Below are positions 35,442 through 44,713 of a stretch of DNA of 62,609 bases, in pieces. Position 1 is the first letter of the stretch. Each line of letters opens with the position of its first letter. The stretch is from a virus (lineage: Duplodnaviria; Caudoviricetes). The translations under genes were made by a program, and so were the position numbers. The notes under the pieces are model-generated. The model was not told the origin of the DNA. It did not search any database and saw only the letters and a list, made by a program, of their open reading frames with translations. The stretch is taken from the IMG/VR virus record IMGVR_UViG_3300044691_000253, positions 1-62,609 of that record; one strand, given 5' to 3'.

Positions 35442-36539
35442 ATGGTCAACGTGTCCACCCAGATCAGTGACGTTATCGTCCCCGCCCTCTTCACGCCGTA
35501 CACTCAGCAGTTGACGATGGAGAAGACCGCGATCATCCAGAGCGGCATTGCCGCGCGCGATGACTTCCTCAACGGTTTGCTCGCTGGCGGCGGTTTGACT
35601 TTCACCGTGCCGTCGTGGCAGGATATCGGCGACCCCGCCGAGAACGTGTCGAGCGATGACCCGAACCAGAACTCGACCCCCAATATCACCCAGACCTCGG
35701 CCGAAGTTTCGGTCCGCCTGTCGCGCAACTCAAGCTGGAGCACCATGCGTCTGGCCACGGCGCTGGCCGGGTCCGACCCGATGCAGTCCATCGCGTCGCG
35801 CGTCTCCGACTACTGGGTCCGCCGGTTGCAGGCCGCCTTCGTCGCGGTTGCCAACGGCATCTTCGCGAACAACGCCCTCGCCGATCCGACCCTCGGTCGC
35901 TCCGGTCAGTTGGGCATCAACGCGGCCTATGGCCATCAGGGCGACCTGACCAACGACATCTCGGGCTCCGTCTTCGTCGCAGGCGTCACCAACTTCTCGG
36001 CGTCGGCCTTCATCGACACCGCGACGCTGCTCGGCGACGCCGCCAGTGATGTTACCGCCGTGTTCATGCACTCCATCGTGTACTCGACGGCTCAGAAGAA
36101 CAACCTGATCGACTTCATCCCGGACAGCGAGGGCAAAATCCAAATCCCGACCTTCCTCGGTCGCCGGGTTATCGTCGATGACGGCATGCCCAACCCCGCT
36201 GGCGCCAGCGGCAACGGTTCCCAGACCCCGGCGGGCATCTACCACACGTGGCTCGTTGGCCCCGCCTCGTTCCGCCTCGGCGTGGGTACGCCCATCGTGC
36301 CGACCGAAATCTTCCGCAACCCGGACCGTGGTAACGGCGCGGGCAGCGACACGCTCTACAACCGCGTCGAATGGATGATCCATCCGGTCGGCCATGCCTA
36401 CGTCGGCAGCCCGGCGACCGAAGGTGGGCCGACCAACGCCGCGACTTCGAACAACCTCGCGCACTCCCATTCGTGGGTCCGCGTGTTCCCGGAGCGCAAG
36501 CAGATCAAGCTTGCTCGCCTGATCACCCGCGAGAGCTAA
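35442..36539 (+). CDS. major capsid protein (SPP1 gp13-like)
   Basis: TQISDVIVP.LF.PY...IQSGI...GG.TF.VPSWQD; FLGRRVIVDDGMP; GGAG RBS. Confidence 0.92.
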   Translation: MVNVSTQISDVIVPALFTPYTQQLTMEKTAIIQSGIAARDDFLNGLLAGGGLTFTVPSWQDIGDPAENVSSDDPNQNSTPNITQTSAEVSVRLSRNSSWSTMRLATALAGSDPMQSIASRVSDYWVRRLQAAFVAVANGIFANNALADPTLGRSGQLGINAAYGHQGDLTNDISGSVFVAGVTNFSASAFIDTATLLGDAASDVTAVFMHSIVYSTAQKNNLIDFIPDSEGKIQIPTFLGRRVIVDDGMPNPAGASGNGSQTPAGIYHTWLVGPASFRLGVGTPIVPTEIFRNPDRGNGAGSDTLYNRVEWMIHPVGHAYVGSPATEGGPTNAATSNNLAHSHSWVRVFPERKQIKLARLITRES

Positions 36540-36585
36540 CGCTCTTCGGTTTGAGGTTCGGCTGTTTCGTACAGCCACACTGGAT

Positions 36586-36624
36586 AAAATGGCGGGCGGA
36601 TAAACCGCTCGCCATTTTCTTTTT
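36586..36624 (+). terminator. rho-independent terminator after the capsid gene
   Basis: AAAATGGCGGGCGG-ATAAA-CCGCTCGCCATTTT followed by T-run. Confidence 0.75.
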
Positions 36625-36639
36625 GAAGGGATCACGCCC

Positions 36640-36864
36640 ATGTCCAATCAGCTTTCCGGCCAGCCCGGCGCATCGCCCCGCGAGTACAACGCCCATCAGC
36701 GTCACAGCAAGCTTTCGCGTCGGCGTCATGACAATCAAGAAGCCGCGTTCCTCGCCGCGCAGGCCACGCGCCTGTCGAGCACCGCCGCAGTCATCTTTGC
36801 GAAGGTCAAAAAGTACGGCGCGGCCCGCGTCAAGGCCGCCGCCAACCTCGCCGCCATTCCGTAA
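36640..36864 (+). CDS. small basic protein
   Basis: RBS; codon bias. Confidence 0.6.
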   Translation: MSNQLSGQPGASPREYNAHQRHSKLSRRRHDNQEAAFLAAQATRLSSTAAVIFAKVKKYGAARVKAAANLAAIP

Positions 36865-37008
36865 CCAGTTCGCGTTGCGCTGAGCGGCGGCTAAGAGGGG
36901 GACACTTTGGGCTGCTGCTCGCGCCACAACGGCCCCGAGGCATTCGTGCCTCGGGGCTACTTTCCTGTCCCCACCGGAGCATGCGCTCCGGCTACCATGA
37001 GGTGAACT

Positions 37009-37659
37009 ATGCCTACCGAAAAAGCTGCAATCGCAGAAGTCCTCCAGTCTCTTGACCACACGAAAGACGATCTCTGGACCGACGACGGCTCGCCGCTCGT
37101 CTCCGAAATTCAGCGGCTCGCCAACGACAAGACCATCACGCGTGCCCAGATCAACGACGCCCTCCCCGGCTTTGCCCGCAAGTCTTCGGAGAGCATCGAA
37201 GAGCCCGCCGACGATGGCAAGGATGAGTTTGGTGACCCGGTGGTGGTCGCCGCCGTCGAGGCCGTCGCGGTTGCCAAGCCCCAGTCGAGCTTCGAGGCCG
37301 CGGTCGAGCTTTCACCGGAAGCCGACTACGAACGTCTCCGCCTGATCGCCCGCGGCCGGGTCGAAGACGCCGAGGTGGCAGTCGCCGCCGCGAAGGTCAC
37401 GATCTCGGAAGCGTATCAGAGCCTCGCGGCTGCCGAGGGTCGCTTGACCCGGGCGCTGCAATTGTACTCGGCCCGCTATCCCGCGATCTCCGCGGCAGCG
37501 AATATCAAGCAGCATCTCGCCAGTCAGCAAGAGGCGCTGTACGAGCGAGTGACCGGCAACAAGGCCCCGCCGCGCGCGGGCTCGGCCATGAACCCGATCG
37601 ATGCAACGATGATGGACCGCAAGCGGGACAACGGCCGAAATCGGCAGGCGGTCCGCTAA
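37009..37659 (+). CDS. head-region hypothetical protein
   Basis: LD...DDLWTDDG.P...ITRAQI...PGFAR N-terminal domain; coiled coil. Confidence 0.7.
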   Translation: MPTEKAAIAEVLQSLDHTKDDLWTDDGSPLVSEIQRLANDKTITRAQINDALPGFARKSSESIEEPADDGKDEFGDPVVVAAVEAVAVAKPQSSFEAAVELSPEADYERLRLIARGRVEDAEVAVAAAKVTISEAYQSLAAAEGRLTRALQLYSARYPAISAAANIKQHLASQQEALYERVTGNKAPPRAGSAMNPIDATMMDRKRDNGRNRQAVR

Positions 37660-37675
37660 CGAGGCAACCTTTGAA

Positions 37676-38167
37676 ATGGCTCTTTTTATCTCGGGCAAAG
37701 TGACACCGAAGCGCCGTCGTGCAGCGATGCAGGCGGCGCTTTACCATGCGCGCAAGAACCGCATCGATCTCCTTGGGAAAACGGGCAACCCCATCATCCC
37801 ACCGGCTGCGTTGGGCTTTGTCTATAACAAATCCAAAAAAATCTTCTGTTGGGCGCTCCGGGTCGGAATGATCTTGCGTCGGCAGTTCCGACTGCAACGT
37901 GGCAAGCAAAACTATCAATCGATCGTTGCAAATGGCGTAGCGAATGGCGCGAACGCCGTCCACCTGATGCCGATCCCGGAGACTACGCAGGATCAGAGCG
38001 CGCTCACCGCTTTCATCAATGCGACGTATCCGACCGGCAAAAAGATTGATGTCTCAGGGGCATGGGTAAACGCTACCCATCTTTCGGCAGACGGAACGCA
38101 CCCGAACGCCGCGGGTCACACTCTGATTGCGAACACCATTTTGGCGAACTCGGGATTGTTCGTCTGA
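37676..38167 (+). pseudogene. degenerate SGNH/GDSL hydrolase fragment
   Basis: Block V DGTHPNAAGH in frame; block III GRND in another frame; no block I GDS. Confidence 0.6.
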
Positions 38168-38219
38168 CGTTATCCGCGCTCTCTCTCTCTCCACTTTCAA
38201 AGACGAAGGTAAACCGCCA

Positions 38220-39131
38220 ATGACCGCAATATTCTCAGTGCAGGACGAGACTGGCACCGTCACGCAAGTGACGTTGCTGACGTCGCCGTCGCCTTCGCAG
38301 CACATCTCTGTCGGGGATACCGGCTTGTACGCTGGCATCCCCGATGACGGCACGAGCCTAACGCATGCGCCTGTCTTCAACACGCTCGCCTTCACCGTGA
38401 TCCAAGTGCTCGACAACGAGCACTTCTCTGTTTCGACCATCAACGCGAACATGGCTGACTGGCCAGCGTTCGGCGTCATCACGTGGGAGACCGGCGCGAA
38501 CGCGACCGAGACTTCGACCGTGATCGAGATCGATGGCGCGAACGCCTACATCAGCGTGAGCGAGTTCATCAAGTATCATCTGGCGCGCGGCAATGCCGTG
38601 CCTGTCGGCGCGACCAATCTCAGCATAATGCAGGCCATCGTGCAGGGCACCGACTACATCGATCAGAAGTACCGCTTCTCCGGCGTGAAACTGTTGCAGA
38701 CCATGGGCACCGCGATCATGGGCGTCAACGCGACCTTCATCGAAAGTTGGCTCACCCCCTACGCGCTCAGCGGCGTGTCGTACCTCACGCCGAGCACCTC
38801 GAAGCAGAGCACAGAGTTTCCGCGTCAGGGCGTCGTGGACAACAGCGGCGACACGGTCAACGGCATCCCGAAAGCGGTCAAGGCCGCGTGCGCGGAGCTT
38901 GCCATCCGCGTCCTCAACGGCACCGCACTCCAGCCCGACTACGACCCCAACCTCGTCGGCGCGGGCGGCGTCGTGTCCTCGGTCACCAAGAAACTGGGAT
39001 CGCTGGAGACCGTCACGGCATACGACACGAAACTGGGACTTGGTTTCTTTGCGTCTTTTCCCATCGTGGATCGGATGCTCTCGAAGGCCGGGTTGCTTAG
39101 CTCCGGCGGAGGCCGAACGGTCATCAGGTAG
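38220..39131 (+). CDS. head-tail adaptor (DnaT-like family) with inserted domain
   Basis: GANAYISV.EF..YH..RG, A...TDYID, Q..EFPR, IP.AVK.AC.ELA. Confidence 0.8.
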   Translation: MTAIFSVQDETGTVTQVTLLTSPSPSQHISVGDTGLYAGIPDDGTSLTHAPVFNTLAFTVIQVLDNEHFSVSTINANMADWPAFGVITWETGANATETSTVIEIDGANAYISVSEFIKYHLARGNAVPVGATNLSIMQAIVQGTDYIDQKYRFSGVKLLQTMGTAIMGVNATFIESWLTPYALSGVSYLTPSTSKQSTEFPRQGVVDNSGDTVNGIPKAVKAACAELAIRVLNGTALQPDYDPNLVGAGGVVSSVTKKLGSLETVTAYDTKLGLGFFASFPIVDRMLSKAGLLSSGGGRTVIR

Positions 39132-39138
39132 GCCGAGA

Positions 39139-39176
39139 GGATGCTAGTTGTTTGGCACCGAGGGATCACATAGAAT
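39139..39176 (+). promoter_or_regulatory. putative late promoter
   Basis: GGATGCTAGTTGTTT-N17-TAGAAT. Confidence 0.65.
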
Positions 39177-39552
39177 GGCCACTAAATTCGACTATGCGCA
39201 GGCAATTACGGACGCCGACGACCTGATCAAATTCTTTGGTATGGACGCCGTTCTCCGTCGTGCAGGAAGTAGCCCCGAGGATCGACCATGTCGGGTCGCG
39301 ATCATCGACTTCAACCCGCATGAGAAGCCTTCCGATCTTACCAACCCGATGGACCGCAAGGTCATCATGTCGGCGAAGAACTCGGAAGTGCAACTGATGC
39401 CGCCTGACAACGAGCTTGATATTTTGGTGACGTTCGTGCAGCCCCCAACGAACCCGCCGACTGTGCATGAAAAACTACCGCTGACGTGCAAACCGAAGCC
39501 GTTAGCGCCCGCCGGGGTTGTCGTGGATTGGGAATTTACGGTGAGGCGATGA
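39175..39552 (+). CDS. head closure protein
   Basis: FDY....A..LI..FG...LRR; position after the adaptor. Confidence 0.7.
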   Translation: MATKFDYAQAITDADDLIKFFGMDAVLRRAGSSPEDRPCRVAIIDFNPHEKPSDLTNPMDRKVIMSAKNSEVQLMPPDNELDILVTFVQPPTNPPTVHEKLPLTCKPKPLAPAGVVVDWEFTVRR

Positions 39553-40061
39553 CAGCGAAGGCGGACAGGCGGCAACTGATTTTGACGAGGCTCATGACGA
39601 TCTTGTCAGGCCTCGTCGTTGAACTAACCGATGGGACCACCATCGCGGCAGGCAACATCGTGCACAATCGCGATGAGCTTCCCGCGGAGAAGGTCCCGGG
39701 CATCATCCTCTTGGATGCCGATGAGGTCAGGGACCCACGCTTCCCGCCCAATCAGGGACGGAGCGAACGGACCGGACCCGGCATGATGAGGATGACGCCG
39801 GAGATTTACGTCGTGCTTGAGGTCCGCAAAGGTGCTTTGCAGAACAAGAACGTCGGCGAGGATTTGAACTTGGCCCGGGCCGCGATCTTGAAATTGATCG
39901 TACACGACGCGGCCCTCGCGAAATTCACGGGCTCCGGTGGGGCCATCACTTACGACGCGTGCTACACTGATCTCGCGCGCAACCGCCAGATGAAGGGGCA
40001 GATGGGTTTGTCGATCACGTTCGGCTATCCGTTTATCCCTGACGAATTTTTGACAGCCTGA
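39549..40061 (+). CDS. tail terminator/completion protein
   Basis: RRQLIL.RL, P.IIL.D.DE; directly before the tail tube gene. Confidence 0.65.
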   Translation: MTAKADRRQLILTRLMTILSGLVVELTDGTTIAAGNIVHNRDELPAEKVPGIILLDADEVRDPRFPPNQGRSERTGPGMMRMTPEIYVVLEVRKGALQNKNVGEDLNLARAAILKLIVHDAALAKFTGSGGAITYDACYTDLARNRQMKGQMGLSITFGYPFIPDEFLTA

Positions 40062-40074
40062 ACGGAGAGCAAAC

Positions 40075-40647
40075 ATGAGTGGTCTCGGCAACGAACATAT
40101 CGAGGGCTCTCTCGTCAGCCCGAACATCGGCAACTATTACATCGGTAAAGGCATCGTCAGCATCAAGCTGCTCGGCGAGACCGTCTTCACTGATTGCGGC
40201 AACGTTCCCCAGTTCGAATTTCTGGCGAAGGTCACGCAACTCGATCACTATTCCAGCCGGACCGGCGTGCGCGTGAAGGACTTCACCGCCGTCATCGAAA
40301 TCGCGGGCTCGCTCACGATGCAGTTGGAAGAGTTGACCGCGCGCAACATGGGCTTCGCCCTGCTCGGCCTTCCGACCGGCGGCCCGTCGCCGACCCCGGA
40401 CACCATCGACATCTTCTCCAACCCGGTTATTTACGGGGCAGTGAAGTTCGTTGGCACCAACGACATCGGCCCGATTTGGACTGTCAACTTCCCGCTCGTG
40501 AAGCTGAGCCCGAACAAGGCGCTCTCGTTGATCGCCAACACGTGGGGCACCATCGATCTCGACGGCGACGTCCTGTTCGATCAGGCTCAGCATACCTTCG
40601 GCACCGCGACCGTTTCGCTGCCGAACTCGCCGAGCACCGTATTCTAA
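40075..40647 (+). CDS. major tail tube protein
   Basis: NYYIGKG...D.GNVPQFEF...LDHYSSR.G.R.KD. Confidence 0.85.
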   Translation: MSGLGNEHIEGSLVSPNIGNYYIGKGIVSIKLLGETVFTDCGNVPQFEFLAKVTQLDHYSSRTGVRVKDFTAVIEIAGSLTMQLEELTARNMGFALLGLPTGGPSPTPDTIDIFSNPVIYGAVKFVGTNDIGPIWTVNFPLVKLSPNKALSLIANTWGTIDLDGDVLFDQAQHTFGTATVSLPNSPSTVF

Positions 40648-40810
40648 AAACAGCCTCCAGCCTGATTTCCCGCTCGGGATATCAGGCTGGGGCCTAATGG
40701 TTTCATACGCCAAAATTGCCCGAACGGGGCATTTTTCGCATATGAAATATCGTCCCCGCCCGTGAAAACCCGTCACGGACAAGCTCAACCCCTGAAAAAG
40801 GATATCCCCC

Positions 40811-41050
40811 ATGACCGAAGAGACCAAGACCGCCGAACAGATCGCCGCCGAGGCTGCCGTAGCCGCTCAGGGAGCCGCCGCGGCCCCGGCCCCGGAAGTA
40901 GCCCCGGCCCCGGAAGCCTCTCAGGACCCCCTCGCTGCCGTGTCTGAGGCCGTTTCGGAGGAAGTCGCGGAGGAACCGGCCCCGGTCCACAACCCCAACG
41001 CCCTGCGCGGCATCCCGGCAGGCCCCCGGCCCCATCCTCGTACCGTGTGA
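40811..41050 (+). CDS. acidic Ala/Pro-rich protein
   Basis: AAGGA RBS; low complexity. Confidence 0.55.
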   Translation: MTEETKTAEQIAAEAAVAAQGAAAAPAPEVAPAPEASQDPLAAVSEAVSEEVAEEPAPVHNPNALRGIPAGPRPHPRTV

Positions 41051-41096
41051 TCAGAATACCACATCAGTCGTCCCCCACTGATAAGGATACCAAATC

Positions 41097-41561
41097 ATGA
41101 GCCAGAAACCCGGTCTTAATCTGACCGACCTCGCGCCGATGTCGGAAAACGTGCCCATCGGCGACAGCTACCTCACCGTCTCCGGCATCAGTGCCAAGAT
41201 GGGCCTCGAAGTCCTCAAGCGCTTCCCCAAAGTTCTGGGGATGGCCACCGGGGGCAAATTCGACCTCGGCGCATTCCTCGTGGTCGCGCCCGACGCCGTT
41301 GCAGCGATCATCGCGGCGGCGACCGGCCAACTCGGCAACGATGCCGCCGAAGAGATCGCGGGCGCACTGGGTATCGAAACCCAGCTTGATGTCCTCGAAG
41401 CAGTCGGGAGGTTGACCTTTACGAAGGGGTTCGCCCCTTTCGCGGAGAGGGTAATGGCCCTCGCCAACGCAGCCAACTCCGGCCTCTCTTCAAAGGGGAC
41501 GGGTATGAAATTGCCGCAAGCATCGAAGCCCTCATCGCCGCTGGACACTCCCCCTCTGTAG
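41097..41561 (+). CDS. tail assembly chaperone (gpG-like)
   Basis: Between tube and tape measure genes; slippery C CCT TTC at 41435-41441. Confidence 0.8.
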   Translation: MSQKPGLNLTDLAPMSENVPIGDSYLTVSGISAKMGLEVLKRFPKVLGMATGGKFDLGAFLVVAPDAVAAIIAAATGQLGNDAAEEIAGALGIETQLDVLEAVGRLTFTKGFAPFAERVMALANAANSGLSSKGTGMKLPQASKPSSPLDTPPL

Positions 41562-41722
41562 TTTGGGACTACACCCCCAGACAGATGGCTGCTTACACGT
41601 TTCTCGCGACCAAGCGATTGAACCGCGAGCACCATGCTCACCTTGGCATACTCCAGCTATCGCAGAGCGGAGATGAGAAGGCGATCAAAAAGCAGTTTGC
41701 GGATTGGGAGAAAGACACGTGA
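41435..41722 (+). CDS. -1 frameshift extension of the tail chaperone (gpT-like)
   Basis: Open -1 frame from the heptamer: ...IEALIAAGH...VWDYTPRQ...WEKDT*. Confidence 0.75.
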   Translation, partial: PFRGEGNGPRQRSQLRPLFKGDGYEIAASIEALIAAGHSPSVVWDYTPRQMAAYTFLATKRLNREHHAHLGILQLSQSGDEKAIKKQFADWEKDT

Positions 41723-42243
41723 AGCTGTCGTTGCAGATCGACAAAGAGGCGTACAAGAAGAGCGTCGATGAGGTCCGTGATCGGTTCTCTCAGGCGTTCT
41801 CGGTCGCGGAGAACATGGTCGCGTCCATGATCCGCCAAGAGGTGACGGCGGACATCAAGGGCGCGGGCAAATTCAGCGACAAGTACCTCGCCGGGCTGAG
41901 CGTAACGGTCGAGGATCACACGATCACTACTGAGCTTGACGCGCCCGGCGCATCGCTCTTTGAGACCGGAGGCGTCATTCACGGCAGGCCGCTCCTATGG
42001 CTTCCGATCAGCGGCACCGACGCCGAGGGTATTCAGGCGAGCGACTACGGCGGGCAACTGTTTTCGGTCAACCGCACGAGCGGCGTCCCGCTTCTATTCT
42101 CGGTCAAGGACCACGCACCAAAGTATTTCGGCGTCCCCAGCGTAACCATCCCGAAGCTATTCCACATCGAAGAAATCCAGAACCGCGTAGCGGACGGGCT
42201 CCCGGAAATCTTCGAGAACGCACTGGGGGCCGTCAATGCCTGA
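41719..42243 (+). CDS. neck/tail completion protein
   Basis: FETGGVIHGRPLLWLP motif; GTGA overlap. Confidence 0.65.
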   Translation: MKLSLQIDKEAYKKSVDEVRDRFSQAFSVAENMVASMIRQEVTADIKGAGKFSDKYLAGLSVTVEDHTITTELDAPGASLFETGGVIHGRPLLWLPISGTDAEGIQASDYGGQLFSVNRTSGVPLLFSVKDHAPKYFGVPSVTIPKLFHIEEIQNRVADGLPEIFENALGAVNA

Positions 42244-44707
42244 GCTTGATCCAATTGTCGCGAAAATCCTGCTCGAAGGCGACGACGAGCTTATCAAGGC
42301 GTTTGAGAAGATCGGGGTCGATGGCGCCGAGAAAATCGGCAAGCTCTTCGAGGCGACCCAGAAGTCGGGAAGCGCACTTGAGGCCCTCGGGGGCTCACTC
42401 GGCATTGTCGAGGGCGCACTCTCTGCCGCGACCGCAGCCCTCATCGTGTTCGTCGAGCAGCAGACCGAGCTATCCCAGAAGACTGAGTTGCTTGCCGAGG
42501 CGTTCGGCACCACCTCCAGTCAGCTTCAACAGGTAGAACAGGCCTTCGCGTCCGCTGGCGTCAAGGTCGAGCAGTTTGAGCGGTTCGCTAACCGTCTCAC
42601 GGTCACCATCGCTCGCGAATGGCCCCAGATCGCGGAGAGCATCAAGAATTACGCGACTGAGAACGACGCGGCGACGCTGCGCGTCTCCAGCGCCATCCTC
42701 CGGGTGCGCGACGCCCAGAACGCCCTCGCCGACAACGCGGAGGACCGCTCCGCGCAGATGTCGAATGACAACAACGCGCTAGAGGCCTCGTATCTCAAGC
42801 TCCAGTTCGCCGCGCAGCATGCTGCTCAGGAACAGATCAGCGCGTTGCAGTCAGTGCGGGGCGCTCAATTGAGCGTCCTCTCCGCCGAGCAGCATCTTGC
42901 CGAATTGGAGGGCCGCCCACCTTCGGCGGCGGAAAAACAGAGCCTCGCTGTCGCGCAGGCGCATCAGGCCCTTGATGTCGCGCGCAAGGCGGAGCGGGAT
43001 GCGCAGATCGCCGCGCGAGAGCAAGCTGCTGGCGCGGCCCTCAAGCAGGCGCAGTTGGAACAGGCATACGACGACATCGCGCGCAAGGCCGCGAAGAATG
43101 CACGTGACGACGCCGAGAACCGCGTCAAGGATGAGAACCGCGTCAAGGAAGCCATCATCGCCCGTGCCGAGGCGGAGGATAAGGCCGAGAAGTTCACGCT
43201 GACCAACATCAAGAGTATCCGTGACGCACTTGACGGCGTGGTCACGGGCCAAAAGGGAGCCGCCACGTCCATCGACCTGACCAAGGTGTCGGTCGAGAAC
43301 TTGACGAAGGCCCTGATTGCTCAAGCGGGAGAGAGCGAAAAATCCGGTCGGCCGCCGAAGGGGTTCGATACACTGATCTCCCTCCGCAATACGCTGACGG
43401 CGGCGACGGAAAACCAGATCACGCAAGAGCAGAAGCTTGCCATCATCAACAAGCTCGCAGGCACGTCGATGCAGGCGCTCGGGGCGTCGGCCGCCGAAAT
43501 CTCCGCTGTGCTGCAAGATGCCAGCATCGATCTTAAAAAATTCGACAAGGCGGCGGAAGAGCTAAACACCGATGAAACCAAGAACAGGATCAAGTCGTTC
43601 CGGGGTGCGCTCGCCGAGCTCCATCTAACCCTTAGCATCCTGTCGCAGAAGTTCGCCATCGCGATCTCCCCCGCGTTCACCTCGTTCCTGAAAACCATTC
43701 AGGAAAGTCTTGAGAGCAACACTGGCACCCTAAAGCTCTTCATTGACGGCATCTCTTCGCTTGGCACCGCGATCTCGACAGTGTTCGGTGAGATCAGGAA
43801 AATCGCCACAAGTGCCACCGATGCACTGGACAAAGCTTTCGGTCTCGAAAAAGGCCGAGCGATGCAGATTTTGCTCGGGGCCATCGTCGTCGCTGTCGGG
43901 AGGTTCGCCAGCGCGTGGGTAGGCGTCCCCCTCGTGATCGCGACGGTCGTCACGTCTATCGGGTACATCTCCGACCATCTGAAAGAGGTCCAACAATGGA
44001 TTGAGAACAATCGCACGAAGTTCGTCATCATGGGCGCGGCCATTGCGGGCATCGCTGCGCTCTTCGCGCCGTGGACAGTCGCCCTTGGCCTGATCATCGG
44101 CGCAGTCGTTTTGATCTATGAAAACTGGGACAAGATCAAGGCCAAGGTCAGCGAAGTTTGGGCGGCTGTTACGGACAACGCCGTCGTGCAGTGGTTCAAA
44201 GAGTTCATCGATAACCTGAAATCGATCTATGATTGGTTTGGCAGGCTCAAGCAGGCTGCCCCGAAGTGGCTCGGCGGAGGCGGGGGTGCGGCCACACCCA
44301 ATCCGGGGGCCTCGTCGGACCCGGCTCACGCTGCGGAAGGCCCGGGCTTTGCGACCGGCGGCGCGGTAGACGGTCCGGGCACGACCACAAGCGACAGCAT
44401 CTTCGCGCGCCTCTCGCGCGGTGAGTTCGTCATCAAGGCGGCGGCGGTTCAAGAGTACGGCGCGGGGCTCTTCCATGCCTTGAACAACATGCAGATGCCC
44501 GGCTTCGCGTCCGGCGGCCTCGTGCCGTCGCCTGTGCGTATGGGCGGCGGAGCAATAGCCCCGGCGACGAGCACGCTCAACCTGTCGCTCGACGGGCGAT
44601 CGTTCGATGGCTTGAAGGGACCGAAGAGCACCATCGACGACCTCTCCAGCTTCGCGGTCTCGCGCCAGACTTCGGCGGCGGGCAAAAACCCCTCATGGGT
44701 AGGATAA
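42236..44707 (+). CDS. tape measure protein
   Basis: 823-aa helical Ala-rich protein, hydrophobic segments, FATGG.V.GPGT.TSDSI.ARLS.GEFV. Confidence 0.92.
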   Translation: MPELDPIVAKILLEGDDELIKAFEKIGVDGAEKIGKLFEATQKSGSALEALGGSLGIVEGALSAATAALIVFVEQQTELSQKTELLAEAFGTTSSQLQQVEQAFASAGVKVEQFERFANRLTVTIAREWPQIAESIKNYATENDAATLRVSSAILRVRDAQNALADNAEDRSAQMSNDNNALEASYLKLQFAAQHAAQEQISALQSVRGAQLSVLSAEQHLAELEGRPPSAAEKQSLAVAQAHQALDVARKAERDAQIAAREQAAGAALKQAQLEQAYDDIARKAAKNARDDAENRVKDENRVKEAIIARAEAEDKAEKFTLTNIKSIRDALDGVVTGQKGAATSIDLTKVSVENLTKALIAQAGESEKSGRPPKGFDTLISLRNTLTAATENQITQEQKLAIINKLAGTSMQALGASAAEISAVLQDASIDLKKFDKAAEELNTDETKNRIKSFRGALAELHLTLSILSQKFAIAISPAFTSFLKTIQESLESNTGTLKLFIDGISSLGTAISTVFGEIRKIATSATDALDKAFGLEKGRAMQILLGAIVVAVGRFASAWVGVPLVIATVVTSIGYISDHLKEVQQWIENNRTKFVIMGAAIAGIAALFAPWTVALGLIIGAVVLIYENWDKIKAKVSEVWAAVTDNAVVQWFKEFIDNLKSIYDWFGRLKQAAPKWLGGGGGAATPNPGASSDPAHAAEGPGFATGGAVDGPGTTTSDSIFARLSRGEFVIKAAAVQEYGAGLFHALNNMQMPGFASGGLVPSPVRMGGGAIAPATSTLNLSLDGRSFDGLKGPKSTIDDLSSFAVSRQTSAAGKNPSWVG

Positions 44708-44713
44708 CAGAAC

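Noticed and set aside
36864-36965. tRNA or other structured RNA gene
   Set aside because: No cloverleaf or TTCRA T-loop context; only a terminator-like hairpin CCCCGAGGCA-TTCG-TGCCTCGGGG.
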